64,000 bases of DNA from Anolis carolinensis (GCF_035594765.1 NW_026943823.1:7316001-7380000); one strand, 5' to 3'. Counted from the stretch's first letter, positions 12,386-37,059 are shown. Notes: generated by a model from the letters alone, not told the origin. Program-made: numbers and translations.

Positions 12386-12828
12386 CAGTAGAGTCTCACT
12401 TATCTAACAGTCTGGATTATCCAACACAGTCTGCCTCCCGCACAGATCCACAGCTATTTCTCTAGGCAGCAAAGACTGAACATTTTACACATTTAATTTC
12501 CAACAATGTTGTTACTGTAAGTTCATTTTATGCAAATCTATCTTTATTTGCAGTCAATTTGCTAGTAGTCAATGTTTTGTAGTCAATACATTGCGATGTT
12601 TTGGTGCTAAATTCATAAATACAGTAATTACTACATAACGTTACCATGTAGTGAATTGCTCTTTCTGTCGATTTTTTGGAAAACATGGTATTTTGGTGCT
12701 TAATTTGTAAAATCATGACGTAATTTGACATTTAATAGGCTTTTCCTTAATCCCTCCTTATTATCCAACATTTTCGCTTATCCAACATTTTGCTGGCCCA
12801 TTTATGTTGCATAAGTGAGACTCTACTG
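12386..12828. mobile_element. Tc1/mariner-pogo MITE (CAGTAGAGTCTCACTTATCC family)
   Basis: About 20-bp TIRs flanked by TA. The family has about 12 copies in this window. Confidence 0.85.
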
Positions 12829-13114
12829 TATAAAGTTATTATTATTATTATCACTCAGAAACTTATTAATCTTATACACAGCCGTCTGTCTGAGGTTCTT
12901 GATTAGTACTGAATGGCCTTGCAGCTTCCTGCCTGGGGGAATCCTTTGTTGGGAGGTGTTTCGCTTAACACAGACGTTGGTGAAACGCCAGGAGAGAATG
13001 CTTCCGGAACATGGCCGTACAATCCGGAAAACTCACAGCAACCCAGTGATTCCGGCCATGAAAGTCTTCGACAACACAGTGCATATATGATTATAATAAT
13101 GATGATAATGATTA

Positions 13115-13769
13115 CAGTAGAGTCTCACTTATCCAACACTCGCTTATCCAACATTCTGGATTATCCAACGCATTTTTGTAGTCGATGTTTTCAATACATC
13201 ATGATATTTTGGTGCTAAATTCGTAAATACAGCAATTACTACATAGCATTACTGCATATTGAACTACTTTTTTCTGTCAAATTCGTTGTATAACATGATG
13301 TTTTGGTGCTTAATTTGTAAAATCATAACCTAATTTGATGTTTAATAGGCTTTTCCTTAATGCCTCCTTATTATCCAACATTCGCTTATCCAACATTCTG
13401 CCGGCCCGTTTATGTTGGATAAGTGAGACACTACTGTATTACAGCAGAGTCTCACTTATCCAACCTTCGCTTATTCAACATTCTGTATTATCCAACGCAG
13501 TCTGCCTTTCAGTAGTCAATGTTTTTGTAGCCAATGTTTTCAATACATTGTGATGTTTTGGTGCAAAATTCGTAAATACAGCAATTACATGTTACCATGT
13601 ACTGAACTGCATTTTCTGATGATTTGTTGTAAAATATGTTTTAATTTGTAAAATCATAACGTAATTTGACGTTTAATAGGCTTTTCCTTAATCCCTCCTT
13701 ATTATCCAACATTTTTGCTTATCCAACGTTCTGCCGGCCCGTTTATGTTGGATAAGTAAGACTCTACTG
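13115..13769. mobile_element. Two adjacent mariner-type MITEs (13115-13436, 13442-13769)
   Basis: Each copy has CAGTAGAGTCTCAC-type TIRs and TA flanks. Confidence 0.85.
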
Positions 13770-13849
13770 TATTGTATTTTCCTCCCTACACATAATTTCA
13801 GGAAAATCAGGACTAATTTGGGTGGTGAGCGAGACAAAGCTGCAAGGCC

Positions 13850-14070
13850 CAGGCTGTGGCGCAAGCTGGAGAGCAGCTGCAATGAATCACTGCAATGAAT
13901 CACTCTGACCAGGAGGTCATGAGTTCGAGGCCCGCTTGGAGCCTATGTTTGTCTTGTCTTTGTTTTATGTCAAAAGGCATTGAATGTTTGCCTATATGTG
14001 TAATGTGATCCGCCCTGAGTCCCCTTCGGGGTGAGAAGGGCGGAATATAAATGCTATAAATAAATAAATA
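13850..14070 (+). mobile_element. SINE with LINE2-like 3' tail (Anolis SINE2-like)
   Basis: Internal B-box-like GAGTTCGAGGCC, tail CCCTGAGTCCCCTTCGGGGTGAGAAGGGCGG followed by (TAAA)n. Related copies at 25955-26402, about 54190-54558 and 59145-59628. Confidence 0.7.
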
Positions 14071-14339
14071 TGGCCCAGCACCATAGAAGAAACAGGAAAA
14101 AAAAATAACAAATGCATTACTTGTCGACGCCATTTTTTTCCTCTTCTGGCTCCACACAAAGGCTTACAACAACGTCAACCATTCACAAAAAAACTAAACA
14201 CAAAGGCAGAAAAAGAAAACACGGTTACAGAAAAGAAGGACTGCAAGAGCAAACATCCCCTGCTACACAAAAAGAGGCTAAAAACACTAATTCGTGGTAC
14301 TGTGTTGTCAAAGGCGGAGCCACTCGCAGGCCTGCCTAG

Positions 14340-14470
14340 ACTCACCCGCTGCCTTCGCTGTCTGGGAAACCGGAAGCGGAAGGGGCGGGAAGAAGGAGGC
14401 CGGAAGAGAGTCGCCGGGTGACGTCACACCCCGGAAGAGGAGCAGCGGAGGCGCTTCTCGGAGAGCAGGT
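14340..14470. promoter_or_regulatory. Bidirectional CpG-rich promoter for TAF7 (-) and NIPA2-like (+), with their short non-coding first exons
   Basis: Palindromic CRE GTGACGTCAC at 14418-14427. ETS/GABP CCGGAAG at 14370, 14400 and 14431, plus a GC box. Minus-strand donor GTGAGT at 14345-14340 and plus-strand donor CAG|GTACGG at 14469. Confidence 0.8.
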
Positions 14471-14549
14471 ACGGCAGGCCTCCTTCTCCTTCCCTTCCTC
14501 TCTATTGCCCTTCTTCCCTTTCTCAAGCCCTCTCTTTCTCTTCCCTCCT

Positions 14550-15057
14550 GGCCATGTTCCAGTAGTAGCATTCTCTCCTGATGTTTCGCCCGCATCTGTG
14601 ACAGCCAGGCATGCTCAGAAGTTGTCAGGTTTGCTGGATACTAGGCAAGTGGGGTTTATAGATCTGTGGAATGATGACCAGGGTGGGAGAAAAACTCTTG
14701 TCTGTTGGACGCAAGCGTGAATGTTTATTTATTTATTTACTACATTTATATCCCGCTCTTCTCACCCCGAAGGGGATTCAGAGCGGCTTACAAATCAAAT
14801 GAACATACACTATAAAGAGACAAAACCTTTCCAATGCTAATTAGGGTGATTAACTGAAACATGAATGCTGGCTTCCCAGTGGCAAAGGACTCTTGCCACA
14901 CCCTGGACTCAACACAGATATATATTCTTTCCTTTCCTTACTTAGTTTATCCATACCTCACAACCTCTGAGGATGCCCGCCATAGATGTGGGTGAAACGT
15001 CAGGAGAGAATACTTCTGGAACATGGCCACACAGCCCGAAAGACATACAACAACCCC
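14550..15057. mobile_element. Penelope-like pLTR fragments in inverted arrangement
   Basis: GGCCATGTTCCAG...CTCCTGATGTTTCGCCC on the left, and its reverse complement ending ACAACAACCC on the right. Confidence 0.7.
14964..15004 (+). ncRNA. Minimal type-I hammerhead ribozyme motif (Penelope-associated)
   Basis: CCU-CUGAGGA-U-GCCCGC-cauagau-GUGGGU-GAAAC-GUC-AGG: conserved core, 6-bp stem II, very short stem III, GUC cleavage triplet. Confidence 0.7.
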
Positions 15058-15224
15058 ATACAATATATTATTAGCATAGCACAATATAAGCATTAAATTA
15101 CTATATTGTACTATATCATTACATGGTAATATTATTAGTAATATTACATTTAATATATAATATATAATTAATATTATATTGTATTATTAGTAGTATAATA
15201 TTGTATTCCATTATAATATTATTA

Positions 15225-15515
15225 CAGTAGAGTCTCGCTTATCCAACGTTCTGGATTATCCAATGCATTTTTGTAGTCAATGTTTTCAATACATCGTGAT
15301 ATTTTGGTGCTAAATTTGTAAATACAGTAATTACTACATAGCATTACTACGTATTGAACTACTTTTTCTGTAAAATTTGTTGTATAACATGATGTTTTGG
15401 TGCTTAATTTGTAAAATCTTAACCTAATTTGACGTTCAATAGGCTTTTCCTTAATGCCTCCTTATTATCCAACATTCTGCCGGCCCGTTTCTGTTGGATA
15501 AGTGAGACTCAACTG
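15225..15515. mobile_element. Mariner-type MITE
   Basis: Same TIR family as 12386-12828, with TA flanks. Confidence 0.8.
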
Positions 15516-16697
15516 TATATAAAAATTGTACAATGCACTATAAAACAGTTAAAAATTATTAACTTACATCAGACATTCATAAAACACATTCTAAAATACA
15601 GATGGGCGTGTTCAATTTTAAAGGACTGGGTCTGTCGATTGAGTTCAAATCAAATGAACATATATTATTAGCATAGCACAATATACGCATTAAATTACTA
15701 TATTGTACTATATCATATGGTAATATTATTAGTAATATTACATTTAATATATAATATATAATTAATATTATATTATATTATTAGTAGTATAATATTGTTT
15801 TCCATTATAATATTATTATCAATATTATATGTGTATACAATATGTATTTATAAATCAGTGTTGCCACCTTGATTAGCATTGAATAGCCTTGCAGATTCAA
15901 AGCCTGGCTGCTTCCTGCCTGGGGGAATCCAACACTCAGGAAACAGGGAATTCCAGGCAAGAAACAATCAGGGCCAGCTAACAGCTCCCAACAAAAGATT
16001 CCCTCGGGGCAGGAATCAGCCAGGCCTTGAAGCTGCAAGCCATTCAATGCTAATCAAAGTGGCCAATTGCAACATTCACACTTGCCTCCAACAGACAAGA
16101 GTTCATTCTCCCACCCTGGACATTATTCCACAGATATATAAACCTCCTTTGCCTAGTTTTCAATATAACACAACCTCTGAGGATGCCTGCCACATTTATA
16201 TGCCGCCTTTCTCACCCCGAAGGGGACTCAGAGCGGCTTACAAATTAAATTTACATACAATATTATATTATTAGCATAGTACAATACTGGCAATAAATTA
16301 CTATATTGTACTATATCAATTAATGTATTGTGTAATTTTAATTGTTAGCTGCTTTGAGAGAGAGAAAGAGGGATACAAATACTATAAATAACTCAATAGA
16401 GCAGGCAGGTATGTGAGGCAGATGCAGCCCCACACTTTTATTTGCCTCTTGAGCCACAGATGCACAATGATCATAATCATATTTGTTTTATTGTTTAACT
16501 TTTCTCATACAAGATTTTAGCTTAACTTTTTGAAAAGTTCTGTAATCCTCTTTAGGCCCTGTGCTGGGAGAAAGGCAAGATATCAGTTAAATAAATCCAG
16601 TGAAGGTAAATAAATGTGTCACTACTTGCGTGACTACTTTTTGGAGCAAAAGTGGAATATCTGGTCAATTTCTCACAAAAACTTTAGGGCGACTGGG

Positions 16698-19130
16698 ATG
16701 GAAGACTTAACCACACATGATGACTTCTACATTGGATTGGGCTTAGCTCTCATTTCCAGCTTGTTCATCGGAGGAAGTTTTATCCTGAAGAAGAAGGGAC
16801 TTCTCAAGTTGAATGGCAAAGGCTCTGTCAGAGCAGGTATTAGTCACAAATAGAAAAATCCCAGGCACCTAGTTGCCCAAATAGGGGTTCAACCTATTTG
16901 GCTGTGCTCAGTTCTGATTTCTCATGAAGCTTATTTTTTTCTTCCCAGGTCTTGGAGGCCATGCGTACCTGAAGGAATGGCTGTGGTGGGGAGGACTGTT
17001 GTCTAGTGAGTATCTCAATGCAAGATTTGACAGCTGCTATGAACATTTGGGCTATCATATGTATTTTTTTCTCTACCTGAACATTATTTGACTTGGTGAA
17101 AGTGAGTTTTCCTTTCTCATAACGTTGCCTTGGTAGTCATAATAATCAGTATCACACAATGACAGCTTGATGGGAGAAGAAAAAAGTAAGTGCACATTCT
17201 TGATCCAAACTTCCTTGCCCATCAAATAAAATGACTAATTGAGAAACAAGTTGTCAAACTGAGAAAACATTGTTGTGTGTTTGCTATGTCGCATCTCTGA
17301 CGGACTAATTCTTTCTTATAGTGGGAATTGGAGAAGCTGCCAACTTTGCGGCATATGCTTTTGCCCCAGCAACACTCGTCACTCCTCTTGGAGCATTAAG
17401 TGTATTAGTTAGGTAAGCACAATACCATCAACTTGTTTTGGACAACCCATTGTAGCCATTGCTGAATAGGAAAAGGAAGCATTGTTGTCAAACATCTGGA
17501 GGGCTACATGTCATCCCTGCTCTCAACATTCACCTTAGAGACCAGGTCTCTGTTCTGACCCTTTCCCACAAACATTGCCTTTCCTTTCTCTCTGTAGTGC
17601 AGTTTTGGCTTCCTACTTCCTGCATGAACAGCTCAACATCCATGGGAAAATTGGCTGTATCCTGAGCATTTTAGGTTCCACCGTAATGGTAATCCATGCA
17701 CCGCAGGAGGAAGAAGTCTCCAGTCTGGAGTCAATGGCAGAGAAACTAAAGGATCCAGGTATTATAATCAGCCCTCTTTTTTTCTGTGCCATGAAAACAT
17801 TGAGTTTGGAGAGAAGAAATTTTAAAATCTAGTCATTCTTTATCACTCTCCAATCAGTAAGCTGTGCATAATGCATATCTACAGTGTGTGTGTATGTCCT
17901 AACCCAACTTTTTCCTACTTAATGTTTATTTTATTTTTCTGACATAGCAATGAAAATGTTAAAGCACTGTGTATGCTGAAAGATGTATATATTGTTATTA
18001 GTAAGATATGAAATTACTAATGGGTTTCTGTGAGGTTTTTAGGCTGTATGGCCATGTTCCAGCAGCATTGGCCATACAGCCTGAAAAACCCACAGCAACC
18101 CATTCGTAATTTTATCTGTTACTAGTAACAAAATATATACATATTTTAAGCATACACGTTGCATTTAAGCATTCTCTCTTTAACAACTCAGTGCTTCTGG
18201 CCATTAAAGCCTTCGACAATACATTGAAATTACTAATTTTGGTCAAACTCAGTACAAGAGTTCATTTCTTATATATCTTTTTTCCTTATTTTGTGGCTCC
18301 TAATATTTGACTAGTGAGCAGATTGACTTTCCCAGTGCATTAGAGCCCACTAATCATACCTAATGCAGACCTTGATGGTTGGTCCAGGACATTCTGCAGT
18401 AAATGCTCTAGCCAAGCACTTCTCAGCCATCCCATCTCATCACTTGAAAACTGCCTGAAATAGATCTTCATGTCTTCCTTCTTTCCTTCCAGGATTCATA
18501 GTGTTTGCTGCATGCATGCTGTTGAGTTCGCTCCTTCTCATCTTCGTGGCCGGACCTCGGTATGGGCAGCGCAACGTTCTGGTGTATGTTCTGGTCTGCT
18601 CCGCCATTGGCTCACTCTCCGTCTCTTGCGTCAAAGGCTTGGGCCTTGCCTTGAAAGAACTGTTCGCTGGGAAGCCTGTCTGGAAGGATCCGCTGGGCTG
18701 GGTGCTATTGGTGTCCCTTGTCATTTGCATCAGTGTTCAGATCAACTACCTGAACAAGGCCTTGGATATCTTCAACACCTCTGTGGTCACTCCCATCTAT
18801 TATGTCCTCTTCACCACAGCGGTCATGATGTGCTCAGCCATCCTATTCAAGGAGTGGCAGCATCTTGTCTTGATGAATATCGTCGGCACTATCAGTGGCT
18901 TCCTCACCATAGTCCTCGGCATCTTCCTTCTGCATGCTTTCAGAGACATCCCTTTTACTGCAGACCTGCTACCTCTGTTTCTGAAGCAGGACCAAACAAA
19001 CATGCATGCAGCATCTTGGAGAAGTGAGGGCAAGCATCACTCTTGTGTTCACCAGCCCCTTCTGGAGGCAGAGTATGCCAACAAGATGGGCATAGACAGA
19101 GCAGAAGAGCAGGCAGGCCAAGATTTATGA
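16698..19130 (+). CDS. NIPA2-like magnesium transporter (NIPA family), 5 coding exons, 361 aa
   Basis: Exons 16698-16836, 16949-17005, 17322-17412, 17598-17758, 18493-19130 (139/57/91/161/638 nt, 1086 total). Motifs [65 protein letters not shown] and [23 protein letters not shown], as in NIPA2. Confidence 0.95.
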
Positions 19131-22113
19131 AAACTAATTCATTGGCTAATAACAATGTACAAACACTACCTTTTTAAAAGAACCTCTCAAGACTATGGGT
19201 GCTTTCCACCAGAAAGCTGGGATCAGGCACCAAATACTGAAACATTTGGGACCACTGTTTTCAGACATGAGCTTTCACTGATGACATGCTTGACCAAATT
19301 AAGAGGATGAATAGAACCAAGCTGGAATTCAGAAAGTGGTCGGACTAAATCTCACTTCTCCCAGCCTTGCTGATTCCTTATCTTCCAGATTTCCTAAGTG
19401 GCCTATAGGTTAATATATACAGATTGACATTTTGGATATATTTGCTCTGCACACAATACCAGCTATGAAATGACATGGTGTTTTGAAATCCTCTGGAAAT
19501 AGTTGGGAGGGGAGGGGGGATATCTGTTCAAAGCGGGGGTGGGGGAAGAATCGTATAGAATGGACACAAGTAAAATACCATAGCCAGGAATGTATAAGAA
19601 AAGGGAAATGTTATTTTCTCTCTTCCCTGCTTTTTCAGCTCAGGAAGTGGAGAAAATGTCTGTGAGTATGAATGAGGATTTTCCTTGTATTTCTCTTCCT
19701 CTAGGTCATTTTAAGAACAATAAATGGAATGAATGCCAGGCAGGCTTGTTTCTACTACCTATGGTAGCCCATGGATGCTACTAGGTGCTTGGTAGGGAAT
19801 TTAGCTTTTGTACAGGCAGATGATACCAGACAGCTTCTTTAAGCAAAATCTGATTTTTGCCAAATTCAGAAGGACTTGGTTTTCCCCCCTTCCATATGTG
19901 CCTCATCTGTTCAACTTTTTTGTGAACATAAAGACAATGCATTTTAGGTGGCCTTAAGGATTAACATGTTTAAGTATTAAAGTTTATACGCTATTTAAAA
20001 TCAGTCTTACTTTGTTTGTACAATACAGCATTTCAAGTTAGAAGTGTTGGACATCCAAATCCATGCAAAATTGTTTTGGACACTTCAGACTTATGCTAGT
20101 TGTTCAGGACTTGTTGCTTTGCCAGTTGGCTCTTTACAGAACATTTTCCCTTTTGATAAATTGAGAATGCAGTTTACTCAAAATAGATATTTTATCTTTA
20201 CCTGTACAATAATGCGTAATTTGGTTTGTGTCACCACTTGGAAAGCCTATTGGTTTGCAAGTATATTTGAGCAGAATTTGGCTAGATTTGTTATCCCCAG
20301 AAGGAATAAGCTATAGGATCCATAAGACATTTATGCTGGAAGGTCTGGACTAGGGATGAGGATCATATATCATACCAAGTATTGTTTAGCTGTAGCTCCA
20401 AGAAATCCTCATTACTGGTTGTTATCAAGGTCTGGATCACTTGATTCCCCTTCTTCTCTGAATTCCAACTATCATGTGCCACAGCCTACTGGCTAGTAAT
20501 CAGGGATAATGAGAGCTGTAGTTCAATATTTGGAATGTCTCCCCACCCCTGGGAAATACTATGCTTCCTCAAAGCTTTAATCTTGTTTAAATTTAATGGT
20601 GACACCTCTTCATAATCCTGTGTTTCAGGAAAAAGTGATGTGTGGCACTAGAGCCGTACATAAGTGTCAATACAGCTACTCCAAAAGTGATCAGAACTAG
20701 AGTAATTCTTTCAGTGACTTCAACATTAGTAAACAGAAGTCATGTGCATTTAATCATTGTGTCTCAATCATATTTTTGTCTGGGGCTTGATCAATATCTC
20801 TGCACATCGCCTATGATAAGGGTCTGCCCTAGATCACCATGGTTGTTTTTGATACTTGCCTTCCAGTCATTTCCAGTTTTGGGGGTTTTATGGGAAAAAT
20901 TGTTTTCAGGGGGAGTCTACCTTTTTCTGAGACTGAAAGAGCATAGCTTAGCTAAGGTTTCAAAGTGCATTTCCATGGCTGAATGGGGATTCAAACCCCG
21001 GTCTCTGGAATTATAATATAGCACTCAAACCGACAGGAAGGGTAGCTTTAGATATGCAGTAAGTACTATTATGGTTTAAGTATGCTAATATTCATCTGAG
21101 TAAGCAACAGTGAACTTGTGTAAAGGATAATAGCTTGAAGAACCTCTTAGGCAATGCATTAATCCATAGACAATTCATAGGTAAAAGATTAGGAAGGACT
21201 TGCCAGCTTACAGAAACATGGCTTTATAATAGTATTCTAGGGCATACTAACTGCTATAGTTGATTCCCCAATATAGTGAGTGGAAATAACAACCAACTAA
21301 ACAGACATTAGGAAATGGATCCAGTTTATGTTTATTCCACTGATCAAAAGGAAAGGACTTAATGGAGAAAGTCAGGATTGCCTTTTGGACTTCTTAAGTG
21401 AAACATTTACATAACCACATGAGTGACATTCCCTCCCAAAACAGCCTGGGTAGCGTTCTTTCCAGCTGTGCTAAGAAGGGTCTGGAAAAAGCACCTTGAG
21501 AAAGACAACACGTCTTGACTGGCACATTCCCGCAAACTGAGCTTGCCTCCCTTCGTGCAACTGCCACATCCAGTTGCAGCTTTTCAAAGGCAACTCAGCT
21601 ACATATTTCAAGCAAGCGACAGGCAAGCAATTCATACTGCTTAAATTAACAGTGCTAAAACACAGTACCATTTTAAAGGCACATCTGCACCCCTGTTTGT
21701 CCCATAATTCACATTAGTGTCTCAAGCTTTCCATATTCTTTATCTCAAAAAGAAAGCGTTCTTAAGCATAAACAGGTGTGCTTCCCTGGGATCACCGTCA
21801 GGAAAGCATGCTGTTCAAATCACAATTCTGATATGAAGTTCCCATTATCCAAAACAAAAACAATTTAATTAAAAAAATCGGGGCAACATAAGCCCATGTT
21901 AAGCAGTACGTGCATGAATCTGCACAGCCTTATTCATCTGCTGATGTTCGTACGATGGGAATTTAAAACTTGAGGTGATCATGAAGCTCAAGAGTCCATC
22001 ACAAATGCGGCAGTCGACCTTCTACATAGCTTATCACTAAATATCCTTTCTTCTGTTCCTTCCACCACCTCCTCTGCTCCCCCTTTAATGAAGAAAACAG
22101 AGTTGCTTCAAGT

Positions 22114-24158
<2,045 letters not shown>

Positions 24159-24194
24159 GCCGGGGCCCGACCTTCCCGCGCCTCCTCCACACGC

Positions 24195-24270
24195 ACGGGC
24201 GCCGGAAGTGGGGCGCGCTTCCTGTTTCCGGCCTGGCCGGCCTGCTTCCCTGGGTGCGCATGCGCAGAGC
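24195..24270 (-). promoter_or_regulatory. TIMM8A promoter (NRF1 + ETS/GABP)
   Basis: Perfect NRF1 palindrome TGCGCATGCGCA at 24255-24266, CCGGAAGTG at 24202 and TTTCCGG at about 24224, in a CpG-rich segment. Typical of nuclear-encoded mitochondrial genes. Confidence 0.8.
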
Positions 24271-24622
24271 GTAAACAGCCGAAGCCTCCCTCAGAGAGGA
24301 AGTTGTCTGTTGTGGAGCGACTCTGAAGAGTGACAGGCGTCAGTTGGGAGCACAGCTCAAGGCAAGGGTTCCCTTAATGGGATGGAGGCCTCACTTTGAA
24401 GTGGTTTTGTGAAGAACTGGCTCTATTTGGTGGAGAAGGCCTAAGGCCTAAAGCAGGTATGGGCCAAGTTAGGCCTTCCAGGGGTTTTGGACTCCAACTC
24501 CCACCATTCCTCACAGCCTCAGGCCCTTTCCTTTTCCTAACTTGGCCCATGCCTGGCCTAAGACCTTGTACAACTAAAACTCCCCCCATCCACTTCTCTG
24601 GACTTTGAGGATTACCTTAATG

Positions 24623-25920
24623 CAGTATTTCTCAACCTGGGGGTGTCGTGAGGGGAGTGCCAGGGTTCACCAAAGACAACCAGAAAACACTACAACTCCC
24701 AAATGTCAAGGCCTATTTTCCTCAAACCCCACCAAGTGTTCACATTTGAGCATACAGTAGAGTCTCACTTATCCAAGCTTCTGGATTATCCAACGCATTT
24801 TTGTAGTCAATGTTTTCAATACATTGTGATATTTTGGTGCTAAATTCGTAAATACAGTAATTACTACATAGCATTACTGCGTACTGAACTACCTTTTCTG
24901 TCAAATTTGTTGTATAACATGATGTTTTGGTGCTTAATTTGTAAAATCATAACCAAATTTGATGTTTAATAGGCTTTTCCTTTATCTCTCCTTATTATCC
25001 AACATATTCGCTTATCCAACGTTCTGCTGGCCCGTTTACGTTGGATAAGCGAGACTCTACTGTATTGAGTATTCGTGCCAAGTTTGGTCCAGATCCATCA
25101 TGGTTTGAGTCCGCAGTGCTCTCTGGATGTAGTCAGACTACAACTCCCAAACTCAAGGTCAATGCCCACCAAACTCTTCCACTATTTTCTGTTGATGATG
25201 GGAGTTCTCTGTGCCAAATTTGGTTCGGTTCCATCGTTGGTGGAGTTCAGAATGCTCTTTGATTATAGGTGAACTATAAATCCCAGCAACTACAACTCCC
25301 CTGGTGGCACAGTGTGTTAAAGCACTGAGCTGCTGAACTTGCGGACCAAAAGGTCCCAGGTTCAAATCCCGGGAGCAGAATAAGCGTCTGCTGTTAGCCC
25401 CAGCTCCTGCCAACCTAGCAGTTCGAAAACATGCAAATGTGAGTAGATCAATAGGTACCGCTCCGGCGGGAAGGTAACGGCGCTCCATGCAGTCATGCCA
25501 GCCACATGACCTGGAGATGTCTATGGACAACGCTGGCTATTCGGCTTAGAAATGGAGATGAACACCAACCATACTGATATGGCTATACTACTATACAAAA
25601 TCCCAGAATACTTGTAAAGTATCTATACGAGGATGATTGTATAGATGAGCACCAACCCCCAGAGTCAGTCACGACTGGACTTAATGTCAGGGGAAACCTT
25701 TACCTTACCTTACAACTCCCAAATGACAAAATCAATGCTCCCCCCAACCCCACTAACATTGATATTTGGGCGTATTGGGTATGTGTCCAAATTTGGTCCA
25801 GTGAATGACAATACATCCTGCATATCAGATCTTTACATTACGATTCATAATAGTAGCAAAAAATGCAGTTATGAAGTAGCAACAAAAATAATTTTATGGT
25901 TGGGGGTCACCAACCATAAT
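24623..25920. mobile_element. Nested TE cluster: hAT-like element carrying a mariner MITE (24755-25062) and a Sauria SINE (about 25298-25710, interrupted)
   Basis: CAGTATTTCTCAACCTGGGGGT start, MITE TIRs, and a SINE body with ACCTTTACCTT tail. Confidence 0.7.
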
Positions 25921-25954
25921 TTTAGTTTAAGTTAAAACTCAGCATCATTATTGG

Positions 25955-26402
25955 CGCAGGCTGGTGAGCAGCCTGCTGCAATAAATCACTCTGACCATGA
26001 GGTCATGAGTTCGAGGCCAGCCCATGGCGGGGTGAGCACCCGTCAATTAAAAATAAAAAATAGCCCCTGCTTGTTGCTGACCTAGCAACCCAAAAGATAG
26101 TTGCATCTATCAAGTAGGAAATAAGGTACTACTTATAAAGTGGGGAGGCAAATTTAACTAATTTATGACGTTGGAATGAGGAAGTGCTGTCACAGTGGAT
26201 GATGAAGCAGCTGGTCCCCCCTGTGGCCAGAATCGAACATCCCCTCAGGAAAAGGTTAAATTGCCTCTGCATCTGTCTCTGTCTCGGTTCTATGTATATA
26301 TGGGCATTGAATGTTTGCCCTATATGTATATAATGTGATCCGCCCTGAGTCCCCTTCGGGGTGAGAAGGGCGGAATATAAATACTGTAAATAAATAAATA
26401 AA
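25955..26402 (+). mobile_element. SINE with LINE2-like tail
   Basis: Same family as 13850-14070, with a (TAAA)n tail. Confidence 0.75.
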
Positions 26403-26937
26403 TTGCATTGGAGTGTATATTCACAATTCTGTGTTAATAGTCATCCTCTTTATGAGAGTGACATTTATCGAATTTATTAGGGTACTTGAATTCACCCTAT
26501 CTTTAAAAAACTGATATTGAACCTTGGACAGGACAATGAATGAAGCAACAAAATACATTTCCTTTATATGCAATACTATATTTTGACATTATTTTTGTAA
26601 TTATGATTCGGTGATTGTACAATAATTTCTTTGAGTTTTAAAACTTTGAAAAAATGTTTAAATCCCATTGTGTTAAAAGAAGACATCCATGCATTTTGAT
26701 ACTGTAAATCCGCTTGTAAGGAGAAAGGCATCTAACCAGCGTTTTGCCATCAGAAGGGTGGCTGTTCTTCGGCAATTTCATATACAAGCCACTTGTGAGC
26801 GAATAGATAAGAATGTTTTCTGTGGATTCAGCAATGTCTGCCATGATGGCCTCCTTGCAAATTGATCCATCCTATGTCCATTCAGAAATTTATCAAGCAA
26901 ACATGGCACAAATAAACAGCACAAAAGGAGTACCGCT

Positions 26938-37009
<10,072 letters not shown>

Positions 37010-37059
37010 TTAGGTTGGCTATAAGCACAGTTTCAAATGACTAAGCTCCACAGATGACT

